DNA of 63,455 nt, counting the filler, from Sphacelaria rigidula (taxonomy: Eukaryota), in assembly GCA_964200075.2 (NCBI GenBank). It is 7 parts of 7 records of this genome, joined end to end, with 100 filler letters (N's around TTAATTAATTAA, not from the genome) between each part and the next. Parts side by side here need not be neighbours in the genome. Positions count along the whole stretch, not along the records: positions 9,081 to 18,060 come from CAXNAA020009595.1; positions 18,161 to 27,140 come from CAXNAA020009596.1; 5 more parts are not named here. One strand, given 5' to 3'. Made by a program: the position numbers and the translations under genes. Positions 11,377 to 23,642 of this stretch are shown here, piece after piece. Position 1 is the stretch's first letter, and every line of letters starts with the position of its first letter. Under the pieces are notes generated by a model, which saw only the letters and a program-made list of their open reading frames with translations, was not told the origin of the DNA and searched no databases.

Positions 11377-14300
11377 GGGGGGGGGCGTACTTCGTTGTTG
11401 CTTGCCTTAGCCGCTTGACCATTGACCACGCATCCTTTTCGAGACGGAGCACCGCTCCTACTCCTAATAGAGACACCTCCTACATTCTGGCGCTTATTAC
11501 GTTCCTTCCGTAGCTCATTACGTTTCTTCCATACATTACACAAAAACGTTTTACATATCTTATCCCTGTTCTGTTTTGCCATCTGTGGCCATCATCGACC
11601 TCCTAGTAGTATGGCCATCGTTTTCTCGCCACTGTCTAACGCGTCAAACCACGTCATGCCGTCTTCGTTCACGTCCCGCATTTCCCCCCCTAGCACGTTC
11701 CTCCTTGTATAGTTTATATTCTGCCACTATATGACTTCTGCCCTCTATGGCTTTGACACAGGGGCAATTCTGTGCAATCTGCTTCCTCCTCCTCTCGACT
11801 ACTGGTATATATCTTTCTTCTTTCTGGCAGGTCCAGGTCCCCCACCCGAAATCGCAGTTCCAATTTTCTCGCCGTGTCCAATTGGCCATGCAGATATGGT
11901 TTCATCCCGATCCCCTCTCTCAACCCCCCGTATATCTCCAGGTGTTCTTCCTCGTTTACTTTGCGTCTGAGTGCTTGCTTTCCCCTTGCTTCTATCATGT
12001 CTCCTACTCTTGTCTTGTACCCCGCGCCTTCACCTATGGACAGTATTTCATCGTATTTTCCTCCTATCTCCTTCCATACCTTCTCGACTTCTTTTTTTCA
12101 CCTTATTCCAGCCTCCTCTTTCGTAATTTTCTTCCATAGACTACAGCCCTATCAACTACGGCTGGCAATCTCTTTCTCTGCATGTTCTTCAAGCTATATT
12201 GCCATCTCAATTTCATCATGTTTCTGTTTGTTGTAAGTGGGTACATTCCCAACTCTGCTCTCAAAACTGCATTACTCGACGTTTTCGAGCACCCAAGTAT
12301 CTTTCTTCTCAGCTGCTCTAATCTGTACTGTTTCCAACCTCTGCACCAACTTCACGTTCCCCTCCAATACTTCTCCTGCATATTCCAGCTTTGGTACAAT
12401 CACATTCATCAGGATACATCTCTTAACCCTAGTGTCTATGTGCGAATCTCTGAGGATCACGTCCATCCCGTCCCTCTGTGCCCTACCCTTTTCTATTACT
12501 TTTATACATGTTTATTCCCTCGAACAGTTTATTGAGATCTCTACGTCAAGATATGCATATTGGTCTCTGATCAGTAGTTCCTCTTCTTCACACTTCCATT
12601 TGAATTTCACCGGATTTTTCTTATCCTCGTTACATGCGAGTACCGCGTATTTGTTAACGTTCGCTGCCACTTTCCATTTCCTGGTGTATTTTAGCGCCTT
12701 GTCTATATGTTTCTGCAATCCTTCTGCTGTTCCTGATGCCACAAAATCCCCACAAAATCATCTGCGAACATCAATCCTGATACCATATCTTCACCCACCT
12801 TGACTCCTTGCTTTGCTGCTTCTATTGCTATTATGAGGTCACTAATAATTATCTTGCTCAAAGTGGATGATAACGTACATCCTTGTGCAACTCCTTGTAA
12901 GATATCAAAATATTTAGATATTTCCCCGTCTAGTATCATAGCACTTTTGGCACATTCTGTCATCTTCTTCACTATTCTCCACATCTTTCCTCTGATCCCA
13001 GTTTCCCACAACTTTTTCGACAGCCCATTCCTCCATTCGAAGTCGAAAGCTTTTAGTGCGTCCAGAAAGAAACAGTACGTTGTCAGGCCGGCGTCTTTCC
13101 TACCTTAAATGATCTTCCTTGGGGTGTACTCATGGTCTACGCAAGTACAGTTTAGTATAAAACCTTCTTGCCCCTCGCTGATTTTCTGTCCCGTCTCTAG
13201 CATCGTTCCTACTCTATCGTTCAGAATCTTACAGAATGTTCTCCATACCGTGCTCAGTAGCGTTATCCCTCTGAAATTTCCTCGGTCAGCCTTGTCTAAA
13301 AAGTTGACAACTACTCCTTCTCACCACCACCTCTTGGGTGTGCACTCGTTTCCCAGACCCAGTTATACAGCATAATCATCATGGTAATCATTGCATTTTC
13401 CCCTTATTTTAGAAATTCGTTCACTATTTCGTCTGCCCGTAGTGTGACTATCCCCTTTTCTATATCTCCTACCTGGCTTTCGATGATCGATCCCATCTAT
13501 CCCTACCCACATTTGTTTTATCTCGTTATCGAAAAGTCTTCATTTGTTTTATTCACTACATCCTCCCATCCTCCCTTTTTTTCTTCTGTTCCATCTTCTT
13601 TACTTTCTTTCGAGCTATAGTATATTCCTCCCATTCCACCGTAGTTTTACTCGATATCCATCTCGCGTGGGCCTCTCTCCTCACCTTCATAGCCTCTTTT
13701 GCTTCCTCACTCCACCATTTTACTGCTCTATTGCATACGATGGCTTTCTTCCCGATGACTTTACTCGCTGTGTTCTTGACCAACTGCTCCCACCCTTCTG
13801 TCATCTCCGCTGCTACCCAATCCCTTTCCATTTCGGTATCAACTGTACCTACGTGTTCCAACGGCTCGGAAACATTCGCTGTATTTTTGTCAATCTCTTC
13901 TTGGAACTTTTGCTGTTTTTCTTGCATTTCTGGTGCATCGATTTTCCATCTGTACAATATTCTACCCCGCCTATTTCTTTTAGCTCTCGTCTGTTGACTA
14001 TCTGCCCACATTAGGCAATGATCTGTAGTTCCCACGTCCTCCGCGCATATATGTACTCCTATTTATTTACTATTTCCATGCTTCCACACTACGAGTATAT
14101 AGTCAAGAACAGAGCGTCTCTCTCGCCTTTGCATTTTCTAGTCCACCTCCACTGCGCCTCTGGATTGTGTGCTCTATCGTTCAGCGTCTTAAACTCGTTA
14201 TTCTCAAGGAACTTGAGCATTTCTCCCCCATTCGTGTTCTTCTTATCTTCCTCGTATCGCCCAATGATACCATCCGGTTGACCTGCTCTTCCCACCTTTG

Positions 14301-15320
14301 CATTAAAATCTCCAACTAGCATTACTTCTCCTTACCTTTTCCACTTATGTACGTCTGCTGTTATCTCTCCAAACCTCCTTTGTATACCGTCCACCCTACT
14401 CTTCGATTCTAGGGCATATAGATGTTCCCTGCGGAAAAGTCCTTCTTCCCCCGCTCTCCTGCTACCCTTATCCATATGCTCTCGGCGAATTTCGTGTCTT
14501 CTATCACTTCTATACTGTCGCCAAGATATTCCTTGACTAAGAATCCTACTCCCCCCGCTCCCCTGCTCTTGGGGTTCTGTCCCTTCCGTCTTTCCCTTAT
14601 CCATGCGTACTCGTCAATTTTCATCCTATTTCCGTCCCCTCTTGCTCCCATGACTCCTGGATTCCCACTATGTCTAGGTCGCGTTTACATACTTGTTGGG
14701 CTATCTCTTTTCTTGTGCGCTTGTCTGTGGCAAATCCACACACGTTCCACAGTGCTATTCTCAACTTTCTTTCCTGATCATTATTCACTTCCCCTTTGTC
14801 TACTGCCGTCTCTCCGTCGTTTTAATTCCTATCTTCCCTTGCTTGCTTTTTCTTCCCGTTTCCGGTTCGGTCTTTGCCTATTTGCTTCTTGCCGCTATTT
14901 CTCCTCCCCTTCCCTTTCCCGGCACGTGCTTGTTCCTGCCTCTCTTTCCCTCCCTTCACCCGTGGACTATGCCCTAGGTTTGTTGTTCCATTAGCTATGC
15001 ATACTCTCCATCCTACCCTTCGAACCCATGCCGACGCCCTACCTGTTTTTTTCCTTTCGCACTCCTTGCTCACGCTCTATTTTAGCGTGACTCGGGAGTG
15101 TTCTCCTTCCCTTTCTGTTGTTTATATTGCCGAACAGGATAGTCCAACTTGATTGCACTTCCTTTTCAACTCTGTTCTTGTCATATCTATCCGGACTCCC
15201 AATACCAGCAATACTAATACTTTTCTCGTGCACTCTTTACTTCTCCATCCGAGCTTCCTTACCGTCTCTCTCACTTTCTTTTGAGAGTATCTCCAGCTTA
15301 TTCGTTTTCAGTACTGTGGT
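11377..15320 (-). mobile_element. Near full-length degenerate non-LTR retrotransposon (LINE family A): purine-rich ORF1-like region, APE endonuclease, RT, C-terminal Cys/His motif, poly(C) 3' end
   Basis: Minus-strand fragments LVGDFNAKVG and TDHCLMWAD (APE), QGVAQGCTLSSTL and GLMFADDFVG (RT), CPCVKAIEGRSHIVAE (C-terminal). Many frameshifts; 5' boundary approximate. Confidence 0.92.
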
Positions 15321-15329
15321 GGGATGTAG

Positions 15330-16140
15330 TTCAGTTACTTGAACATCCCAATCGTAGTACTCGTTGGAGGTCTGGTACCTTTCAGCCCTTTTGCTAGCTC
15401 ACCGGCACTGAATAATGCTTCTCCAACATGGGCTCGTAGCCCGAAGCCAAGTTCAACATATTTAACACAAATACCCCACGTTTGTGCCAGGCGATCTTCA
15501 TGGTCAACCATCCAGGCGTCCCACGATCGTATCTTCTATTTTTTTGCCTCGCTGCTGTACTGGTCATTCTAGGGAGGTCATTTTCACCGTGTAAGGCTCA
15601 AGGACGGCTTGCATGACACAAAATCTTACTCATATCGGGACGTCCCGTACATCGCTTCTTCTCACTCCATGTACGATTCACCATGGATCGCTGCGCCACT
15701 GATGCCTCCGAGTAGACCTTTGCTGCCGAAAGCTTGGCCAAAGATTCCCCCACACTTGGTACCAGCTTCTATCCTTCAAAATCTCAAGAAGTCTACGAAA
15801 CGCTTGGTGCTCCTTCTCGTAGGTCATGTGGTCGCTCATTGGTAAGGTGTTTGTTTGATGAGTGCAGTATGTCTTGACGTTCATGTCATGCACTATCCAC
15901 CCTTTTCCTTCATGAGACGCATTTTGCACCCTATGCCACTTAGGGGGTGGGGGAGGTGGGGGGGTGGCTACCGTAGAATGTCTCGCAATACCTTCAAGAC
16001 TTCCGCGGACGCACAAGCCTTCTTTCAAAGTCTTGCCGAAGAAGCCAGTTCGGGAATGTTTTCCGCTGGATGCAGAGTGTGGTGGGCACTTGATGTGCGT
16101 TGCGCGCGTGCGGAACAAAAAGGCCAGGCACACGAGAAAG
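15330..16140 (-). pseudogene. Possible upstream part of the same degenerate transposase, separated by the LINE insertion
   Basis: Fragments HIKCPP, GWIVHDMNV and DHEDRLAQTWGICVKY lie on the same strand immediately upstream of the LINE. Weak similarity. Confidence 0.25.
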
Positions 16141-19100
16141 CCAGAGAAACATTGACGACGGCATTGTGAATACTAGAGGAGGGCTACGTTCTCCCCCCCA
16201 TCTTCAGAGCCACCAATCGTTCTGCGACATGAAAGCGGGAGAGAGGCGGGGATATGTAGTTCAAGTAGACGCTTACGAAGTGCATCGTTACATGTCCGAA
16301 ACATGGCAGACGCACCGGTACACGATGATTCAAGGATACAGATTGTGGGCAAAACACATGGTCACGGTGATAGTGTAGCACTGCAGTGTTGTCGAGATTG
16401 TTTCTTTTTTTTTCTATTTAGGATTGCGAATCAAGTAAGCACAAGGCTTTAAAAGCCCTGGAAGCACCTTGTTCATCTATAGCTCGCAAAATGATCGGCC
16501 AGATGACCCAGCTTCCCGCAGCGAAATCATATATCGATGTGGGGAAGTGTCACCCTCAGTTCCTGAGTGCGTAGGACTGGAAGCTATACCCGACACAGCG
16601 ACGACAGTGCGCCCAGACATCACAGCTGATGCGGCATTCCTCACGACATCAGCTACGGGATGGTTCTGTGGTGTCACCAGAGCGTCGGCAACTACGGAAT
16701 GAGTACGTTGGGAGAAGGGAGAAGGGGACAGGGAACAGGGGGCGGGGGGCGAGGGCGACAGAGATGCTGCTACAGAGTGCTTACTACTACACGCAGGTAC
16801 AGGGTGGTGCGTCCGTGATGCCAGTACCAATACGGTGCAATACCATGCGTGTGCAATACCTGCGAGAACGTTAATTAGTAAGATTAAAAAGCGAGGGGCT
16901 CTGTTTCCAATAATGTGAACGGACTGTGCACAACTCTAGCTATTGCTTCCGTAGTCCTCTCCCCCCCAGGAGACAGGGGGTAGCCATGAGGATGTAACGC
17001 AACGTTACTGCGTTTGATGCTGAGGTAGGCCATAGAGTGCGGGCAGAGAAAATGATGTGAAAATCATCCCTACGTACACCCGGTTTCTATTCGTTTAATG
17101 CAGCTCGGCATCGCACCGTTTAGCCGAAGAGGAAACATCAGATGCGGCGGACACCGTTTCCTGGTCGATAATTTTCCCACTCAGGCCACCTCTTCTATAC
17201 CATACAGCATGTGGCTGTTCGATCGAGCCTGGAGGGTCAGGGTGCTTGAGTCTACTCCCTGTTGAAGATCCATGCACGACCTGGCGACCTTGAGCTCTCC
17301 CCGGTAAGTAAGCCCCAAGATGTGGAACATCTTGCTGTAGTTGCAGCAAACAACGTACTATCTGAATGCTCGGCTATCTCACATATATTGTAGTCGTTTA
17401 GGCGAGATATACCCGCCCCGGCTATTTCGCCCTCTTGTATCTTGTACCGTGACTCAATCCATGGAAAGGTAGGGGGTTTCTGTAAAGCGCATGTTCAGCT
17501 CTTATTTATTTTCCGAGCACCGGGGCCTCAGCTGAAGATAATGTGAAAGCGTTTTGAAGCAGGGCAGTCGGCGGCTGCAAGCTTTTTGAATGAAATCACA
17601 CTGATTTGGAAAAAATGCTTGGGGTGCCCGTGCATCGGAATCAAGATGCAAGATACCCAGGCCCCCAGAGTTGATACTCAGTAGTTTGGGAGCGGATGTG
17701 CTCATCGTGGTTGGGAGCGGGCGGGGGGAAAGATCAATTTTCATCCCCTGATTTCCTGAAGGTGTACGTTGTTTTCACGAGCAGAGAGTAATCCTCGATA
17801 CACGGGCTTTTCCTTTCTCGAATAAGTTTGTTTTAGTTTCAAGAGAACTGGCGTACACTAGGGGCTCGTCCACACGAAGTGGCCCGACGGAAGTTGTTGG
17901 TCTACGGTGTGGAAGTCGAAGATGCATGCGATTTGGTCACTTTTTATTTTCCTCAAATTTTGAACCTCTCCCCTTCCTCGGGATGAGTCCGTGGTCTCAA
18001 GGGATCAACCCATCTCTCCCCCCGTACGCGCCTTGCATTTTGGTCTCGCGGATTGTGTCANNNNNNNNNNNNNNNNNNNNNNNNNNNNNNNNNNNNNNNN
18101 NNNNTTAATTAATTAANNNNNNNNNNNNNNNNNNNNNNNNNNNNNNNNNNNNNNNNNNNNCATGCCCTTTGACGGAACTGACGGCTAGAAATACCCCGAA
18201 ATAGTTTTAGGGAGGTCGGGAGGGATGAGGTCGTTCATATGAAAGTCATTTGTCATGACTTTAGGTCAGGGAAAGCACTGCTTTTAAGTTGAACCTCATT
18301 GTTTTGTTCAATCCCATTTTTGAGAATCCGTTGCTTGTTCGTGAAATCGAGAGTTCTGCGTTGATTAAGAGTGGATTTGATCATTCGCTCTAGCTTTACC
18401 AGTTGTTCATTCTGTGTGGACTTTTCTTCGCCCGTAACACTGGCGTGTGCTTACAGCTACACGTCGAAATTCTACTTAGAGATATCGAGGGCTTCAGTGG
18501 CAAGCTACTACAGGAAGCGCATCGGGTCTCGTGGAGGAGCATTTCGGAACTGAAACTATTGATTTATTAATTGACCGCTTCTCACTCTCAATCGTATCCT
18601 CTGCTACTCTCAATCTCACATAAACATTGTCACATATCGATGTATGGGTATATTGTAGCAATACATCCTTCAAAAACGTCGGCGGAGTCGTGGGGAGGTA
18701 GGGGTACCCTTTTGGGGCTAAACAAACTGCATGAGGTATTTTTACGTTGTGAAAAAAAAAAAAACGGCACATATTATTTGTTCACACTTTGTGACAATTG
18801 CCTTCAAGAGAATCGCTTTGCGTGTAGACACAACTTCGTCCTCAATGTACTCGTGCGAGTGCGCGAGAGTCTGTATCTAACTCCAGTACGCCGACCCAGA
18901 AAATGTTTGTGTACCCCTACCGTACCACGACTGCACGAAAATTTTGAAATTGATGCATTAGAAAATGCGGATATACCGATAAATGAAAAAAAGTCGGGGC
19001 GAAAAATACAGATGTGGTAACAAAGAATCGGGGGAAAATAATCAATTTTGTCGATTTATCGGGCTTTTCTTACCCGACGTGTCGACTCGCGCAAGTTATT

Positions 19101-19219
19101 TGGTGGTAACTTGCAATATGTTCGACGACGAATTTTTTTATTTTCCCAACCCCTTGATCAACTTCCCAACCCCTTGATCAACTTTCCCATGATGTAGTCA
19201 CTTGTGGTTAGGGTGTGAT

Positions 19220-19760
19220 CAACACACATGCTTATGAGTGCTTTCTTTGCCCGTGCCCGCTAACATGTGAGTAGTAGAGGATGACTCGATGCCACCACGT
19301 CTCTGTCTCATACGATACTCTGACCAAATCGCTCTTCCATGGCGCGCTATGATGCGCGCTATCTCACATGTCGATATCAGGTGATAGTTGCATCTATATT
19401 TCCGTGAAATCCAAGCCGTGACCATTTTTCAGATCCTGTACGACTCCTGGATTCAACAGTTGTTCCGAATAACGAACTGTACAGGCGATGCACCCGAACA
19501 AAGGTTGAAACCCTCCCTCGTGGCAACCATATTTCGTGTCTACTTCGTCGACCCGACAACGTCCGGCGGACTCACAGCAGTTTCTTCAAAATCGGGAAAA
19601 TTGACCAAATCGGTGCTTTTGATTGCATGCACGTGATGAAGAAGGTTTTTTTAAAGTCCCTAACTTGGCCTGCCGTAATCGGATTGGAGAACGAGATACT
19701 TAATATTGTTCGCACGGGCAAGGGCTCCAACGTTTCCTCGAGTGCGTTGACTGAATAGTC
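19220..19760 (-). mobile_element. Old Gypsy integrase C-terminal/chromodomain-like remnant; similar remnant at ~16950-17750 (-)
   Basis: YHL...EYRMRQRRGGIESSSTTH resembles the HxxVRGRGGxxxxYxTHW motif I recall from stramenopile Gypsy elements. Heavily decayed. Confidence 0.3.
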
Positions 19761-19769
19761 CATCGTTAA

Positions 19770-19889
19770 CCCTTTTGGAACCTACTGACGATTCTTGTTT
19801 TCGAGAATATCGGCATCATTTTGATTTGAAAATGACTGAAAATGATGCCGATTCTCGAAAATAAAAATCGTCAATGGGTTCCAAAAGGG
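19770..19889. mobile_element. piggyBac-type MITE (near-palindromic)
   Basis: TTAA|CCCTTTTGGAACC...GGTTCCAAAAGGG|TTAA; arms pair over ~55 bp. Confidence 0.88.
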
Positions 19890-21059
19890 TTAAGGTAGAA
19901 ACTGCAGGACACAAGGGTGCATGGTCCAAAATCTATATGAAGCCCACGATCTAGACTTCACTAAAATGTTGTTATATAAGAAATAATGATACTTCGATAC
20001 GAAGTTTCTCCGTTTATATTCAATATATCGGTATGTGATATTCGGTCGATTCGAGTGCCTGATACGCTTCTCGAAGCACTCCTTATGTATGCATATGTAT
20101 GACCGGCCAAAACCACCGATGATACCTCACGCGTCGAGCATCATTTGCTTTCTCTATGCGTCCACTTGTAGGTTACCGGGCAAATATGTTCCGTAACTTC
20201 AAGACGATAATAGCGTGCCTTTTTATTTCGCCATGCTTTTGAGCCTTCCCCCGCCCCACCTCCTCGGGAAAAATCTGTAGTCTCAAGCTGTCGACCCATC
20301 TCTCCCCCGGGACCACTGCCTGCCTGACGTTTTCTCATCGAAGACTGAATTGATTTACACCCCCGACCCCGTCGACCCTCGACAGGTTTTGTCAACTGAA
20401 TGATGACCATTGTACCAAACGAAAAAATAAAGGGTTTCGGAAAATGTTATGTCGGCGTTACATTTGTCAGCGTGTATGGCTTATGGATTATGACACTTTC
20501 AAAGATTTGTTTTCTTGTCACACAGAACATGCGAAGTTCGAAGTCTTGATACAAATATTGCGAGTTACCGGGTGTGTCGAATACATGAGATACCCCTTCC
20601 GACAAAGATTACGCTGACAAAAAAAACGCATTCACGAAATTCTCTCGGGTGGAGATTGCACTTGGTATAGCCGAACGGTGGGTCTTTTATGCCCTGTACA
20701 GAATGCGGACCATCACTCAGTTTGGGACCACCGCGTTTCAAGCGTACGCGATCTGTTACAACGTATCAGGGCGCACACCATCGACTGCAGGGAGACAGAA
20801 CACTCAACAACACCCTCTAGTAGCGACGGCTGCTCTCTCGATCGAGCTTCTACTGTCCTTTCCTCACTGTGTACCGATTACCTGGCCATCAGGATCTGTG
20901 TAATGGGAAAGAAAACATACTATCGAGATGTTTCGACTAGCGTAACCTTTCTCGGAAGGGTGCAGTACCCTATTTTCCGGACAAAACCAAGTCAGGAAAA
21001 CCTCTCACGCGGGGAGAGAGTGGGGTCTTATTTACCGCTACCTACGGTACTTGACGTAC

Positions 21060-21234
21060 CGATCTTCGCTCGGATGCTGTGGTCCAAATGCGCCGCGAAT
21101 CTGTCCGCCCTGCACTGCAAAACCCGTAGAGGAGTCTTGGCCACTATCGACGCCGGCTGCACCCCTCCGAGCAGGGCTGGAATGTCGCCCACCAAAGCTT
21201 TTTCGGTGAGCGACCCTAGGTGGCATATGTCTAC
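21060..21234 (-). CDS. Exon of a cyclic-nucleotide-binding (cNMP) domain protein
   Basis: ttgcag acceptor, G|gtacgt donor. VDICHLGSLTEKALVGDIPALLGGVQPASIVAKTPLRVLQCRADRF fits the cNMP G(D/E)xxLL...ASIVA.T...L pattern. Other exons not identified. Confidence 0.6.
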
Positions 21235-21300
21235 CTGCAATCCGTACACCGACCCGACGATAGTCATCCAGCGAGGACGGGGAAGGAGAGGGAGCGGGTC

Positions 21301-21930
21301 GGGGGGGGGCGTATTCAGTTGTTGCTGGCCTTAGTCGTTTGACCATCGACCACGTATCTCTTTCGAGTCGGAGGGGTCGAGGGGGGGGGGGGGGGGGGGG
21401 GCGTGTACTCGTGATCTTGCATGCCTTNNNNNNNNNNTGTTTGGTTTGAATTTCTTGTGGCGCGGCTTGTGCGGTGGTGGCGTTGGGGCCCGGTGGGTGA
21501 GGGGGGGGTGGGGGGGGGGCGTGTACTCGTGATCTTGCATGCCTTAGTCATATGACCATTGAACTCGCATTCCTACAACGCCGGGACGGAGCACGCCGGG
21601 TTTTCGCCGGACCAGACTCGCAATAAATCACGAAGCGCGAAGCGCCGAGATGCGTTTGGCGAGTCGCATGAAGGGTGAGCTGCATCCTGCTAAGATTGTT
21701 CGGCCCGAAGCGTACTGGTTGTATTCCGCGCATATGAATGGCAGCCTCGAATGAGTTGCTTCATTTTCTGATAGCGCTACTTTCAGAGACAGCCACGGGT
21801 TCCACACTTCCTCATGGGCGTCTTACAATTTGAACACAATGCATTAATAGCATGATCATCTCCTTTGCGCGGAATCGAGGTTCTCCCACGCCGCACGATA
21901 TAATCTAGCTCGACCACCATCACGGTGACC
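21301..21930 (-). mobile_element. Cluster of LINE tails: family A tail (21301-21380) stacked on family B tails (21381-21426, 21500-21930), each ending in poly(C)
   Basis: G-runs on the plus strand are followed by cgtattca / cgtgtactcgtga. The family B body matches 43770-44140 and 54478-54690. Confidence 0.8.
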
Positions 21931-22963
21931 GCAAAAAACCGCAAACGACCAACACAACGGTATCCTGGTTGACTAGCTTGCGCAGTGAGTGACGGGTTTC
22001 ATAGCGTCATTGCCAACCGACGCCAACCCCGGCGTGCTCCATCCCTACAAAGCCGGGACGGAGCACTTCGGGTTTTCGCCGGAACAAGCTGAGGGGGGAG
22101 GGGGGGGGAATGAAATATCAAACCATAAGATTTCGAACATATTTGAAGTATAGGCACAAAATCAGTAGTTATATGTGCTCCGAAATGAGTGGGATTTAGG
22201 TATCTACGTGTGACAAAATCTACCTTGAGATGGAGGCGGTAAGTACTCAGACGGGCTCGTGATCTTCAACACGTAGAGTATCTCCACCTATCCTTTCGGC
22301 CAGCTGCTTAATCTATAGAAGGTCGAGTACATAGTACCGAAGCAGAAGCGCGTACAACGGGGGTTCCACCGCAGCGTGGTCTTCACACGTGCGGGTTCTC
22401 GCACAGTACGGTCAAATGCACTCGTCACATGTCTGACCCGCAATACTAGTACCAAGTAATTGCGAAACACCAGTGTAGTGGGGGGTCCCAGCGTAGTGCA
22501 GTCGTCCCGCGCTGGCGACACACCGCGCCATGTTCGGACTCCCGCTGTAGCCCACGAAAGTTTATGAAATTATGCACACAGGGTTCTCGAGTCAAACTCT
22601 CGGTACTATGTATGCCCGGAGACCAGATCTGACCCCCTGGATGATGACTTAATGCAAATAACAGCGTACTCGACGCAAGTCGGTCGGCCCGGTGGCTCAG
22701 TTGGCAACCTCGTACCCTTCGGACGGTTGGTTCGTGGGTTAGAATCTCGGTGAAGTCGCACGATCTGGGACTTTTGCTCACACCACGCCCAACGGCGGAG
22801 AATGACCATGTCGTATGTCGTGGGTACACAAAATCCGACTTCATCGTCGACGAGGGAAGAACACCACTGGATCCCTCTCGCGATGAAAATCAAGGCTAGC
22901 ACAGAGGAACATGGAGTGCTAAAACAAAAGAAAGAACAAAAAAACTCATGCTAAATTGGCGAC

Positions 22964-23642
22964 GGGGGGGGTGGGGGAAAGTACTCATTCGTTGCTTGCC
23001 TTGGTCGTTCGACCATTGACCACGCATCTCTTTCGAGACGGAGCACCGTTCCTACTCCTAATAGAGACACCTCCAACATTCCGGCGCTCATTACGTATCT
23101 TTCATACGTTACACAAAACCCTTTTACATATCTTATCCCCGTCCTGTTACGCCGTCTCTGGCTACCATCTATCTCCTAATGTAACCATCATTTTCTCCCT
23201 GCTGTCTAATGCATCAAACGATTTCATGCCACCTTCGTCCGCGTCCCGCATTTTCCCCTCTAGCACGTCCCGTTCCTCCTTGTAAAGTCCACATTCTGCC
23301 ACTATATGACTTCTTCTCGCTATTGCTTTACCACAGGGGCAATTATGTGCATCTACTTCCTCCTCCTCACGACGACTGGCGTATCTCTTTCTTCTTTCTG
23401 GCAGATCCAGGTCCCCCACCCGAAATTGCAATTTCATATTTTTCGCAGCGTCCATTGGGCCATGCAAATATGCTTTCATCTCTATCCCCTCTCTCAACTC
23501 CCCGTATATCTCCAAGTGTTCTTCCTCGTCTACTTTGCGTCTGGGCGCTCCTTTCCCCCTCATTTCTACATATATATTACTTTTGTCTTGTACCCCGCGC
23601 CTTCGCCTACGGACCGTATTTCGTCTTGGTTTCCTCCTATCT
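22964..23642 (-). mobile_element. 5'-truncated LINE family A copy
   Basis: Colinear with 11377-12070; encodes HNCPCGKAIARRSHIVAEC; ends TGAGTACTTTCCCCCACCCCCCC. Confidence 0.9.

Noticed and set aside
11422-15342. Numerous Phe/Leu/Ser-rich plus-strand ORFs as membrane proteins
   Set aside because: They are antisense shadows of the purine-rich LINE on the minus strand.
16483-16702. Exon-like ORF in phase with the 8675-8793 exon, as a COPB2 continuation
   Set aside because: It lies on a different concatenated contig, so the phase match is chance, and no motif supports it.
20141-20410. Next exon of the cNMP-domain gene
   Set aside because: Wrong phase, and the sequence is a diverged SINE family 1 copy.
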